The notes under the pieces were generated by a model. The model was given only the letters and a program-made list of their open reading frames with translations, was not told the DNA's origin and searched no databases. A stretch of 61,815 nt of DNA, taken from contig JAPDFW010000031.1 of NCBI GenBank assembly GCA_028826165.1, positions 1-61,815 on the forward strand, given 5' to 3'. The first letter of the stretch is position 1. Every line of letters starts with the position of its first letter. Both the position numbers and the translations under genes were made by a program. Below are positions 60,657 to 61,815 of the stretch, one piece after another. The DNA is from Anaeramoeba ignava BMAN. Its lineage: Eukaryota; Protista; Anaeramoebae.

Positions 60657-61815
60657 TTAAAAAATCAAACATTTTCCTTTTTCTTTTTCTTTTTGTTTTT
60701 TGATTTGATTTTGATTATTAAATTTGTTAATTAATAAATCAAATAAATTTGGATATGTTTGATTTAATTGAAAATAATCAATTCCAATTTTAATTTCATT
60801 AATTATTTCTTGTGTAATTTGAATTTCATCTTTAATTTGATTTGAATAAATCCAATATTCAAATATTTGAAATGATTTATTACTTAATTCACTATAATCT
60901 GTAACTCTATTAGATTTATCTTCTGTTACAGATAAAAACATTCCTCGATATAATTCACTTCTCATTATTAATATTAATTTTGGAAATTTATATTGTTTTT
61001 CTTTTCTTTCAATTATAAAATCTTTTTCATTTTCATTTTCATTTTCATTTAAATAAATTCTTTTCATTGTTTCTTCAATTTTTTCATTTAAATTTATAAT
61101 TTCTTTAATTTCAGAATATAATTTTGGATTTATTATTCTGTTTGAATAAATCATTTCAAATATTTGATTTGATTCTTTAATTGATTTTTTTGAAATAATT
61201 TCTTGAAGTTTTTCAATTTCATTTTCATTTTGATTTAATCTATATTTTAATATTAATTTATGAGCTTCAATTATTTCTCCATTTTCGGTTTTAAATGAAA
61301 TATCACAAAATTCTTTTCTTCTAAATAGTTTTATCAAATCTTCTTCAAGATTGGAAAAAGGAGGAGGAGAATAATAAAGAAATGATTTAGAAACTTCACA
61401 AGAAACATGATAATTGAAAATATTTTCATTAAATCTTAATTTAGGAAGTTCAATTTGAATTGGAATTATTTGATCTATTGTATCTCCAGTTCCTAATTGA
61501 CCATAATCATTATTTCCAAATCCTATCAATTTTGAATTGGAAGTTAAAATCAAAATATGAGTATTTCCAACAGAAAAATCAAGAATATTATTATCATTTT
61601 CAAATAAAGATGATTTTATTTCAGTAAATTCATAAGTATCTTCATATCTGCCAAGTCCATTATATTTCCAAAATCCACATGAATAAAGTTTTCTTTTTGG
61701 ATTTTCATTTTGATTTTCATCTTCATTTTGATCTTCAATCAACATTATTGAATAAGAGTTTCCACATTGAATATCAATTATTTTACCTTTTGGAATATTT
61801 TGGATTTTGATCAAT
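60657..61815 (-). CDS. RCC1-repeat + twin-BTB CaaX protein, paralog 2 (5' end outside the window)
   Basis: Tandem near-identical duplicate of 58682..60517, including the 3' flank; ends KEKGKCLIF*. Confidence 0.88.
   Translation of the reverse strand, partial: LIKIQNIPKGKIIDIQCGNSYSIMLIEDQNEDENQNENPKRKLYSCGFWKYNGLGRYEDTYEFTEIKSSLFENDNNILDFSVGNTHILILTSNSKLIGFGNNDYGQLGTGDTIDQIIPIQIELPKLRFNENIFNYHVSCEVSKSFLYYSPPPFSNLEEDLIKLFRRKEFCDISFKTENGEIIEAHKLILKYRLNQNENEIEKLQEIISKKSIKESNQIFEMIYSNRIINPKLYSEIKEIINLNEKIEETMKRIYLNENENENEKDFIIERKEKQYKFPKLILIMRSELYRGMFLSVTEDKSNRVTDYSELSNKSFQIFEYWIYSNQIKDEIQITQEIINEIKIGIDYFQLNQTYPNLFDLLINKFNNQNQIKKQKEKEKGKCLIF

Noticed and set aside
1-61815. tRNA, rRNA, snRNA or transposase genes
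   Set aside because: No recognisable structured-RNA or transposase/reverse-transcriptase motifs by eye. A covariance-model search would be needed to exclude small RNAs.

Overview
Very AT-rich eukaryotic nuclear DNA with GT-AG introns and about 17 protein-coding genes. It is most consistent with an anaerobic metamonad protist of the Anaeramoeba type. That is an inference from the (QN)n microsatellite-coded linkers, the BTB-gene expansion, parabasalid-like Inr motifs and an ML-type organellar presequence. Conserved genes: PRP22/DHX8 helicase, centriolin (CNTRL/Nud1/Cdc11-like), a ~3400-aa BEACH-WD40 protein, Spg1/Tem1 GTPase, an SNX9-like SH3-PX-BAR protein, an NCOA5/Nab3-like RRM protein and a divergent histone H4. 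Probable bacterial acquisitions: a Nim/PNPOx-like flavoprotein, a secreted ConA-fold protein and an O-methyltransferase. Six BTB-domain genes carry different modules (ARM, ankyrin x2, RCC1 x2, TLDc). The most striking structures are: (i) five apparently unrelated intergenic tandem-repeat families that all have ~142-156 bp (nucleosome-core-sized) units and sit upstream of genes; (ii) a repeat-sensor + BTB adaptor repertoire with a shared twin-BTB cassette, DARPin-like variable ankyrin positions, CaaX tails and one-repeat-per-exon symmetric ARM exons; (iii) reiterated TCATTTT initiator-like motifs before most start codons; (iv) A-rich/AAG splice acceptors and microsatellite-filled introns. Several frameshifts and in-frame stops in the left 25 kb are most likely consensus errors. 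All exon models were read by eye.
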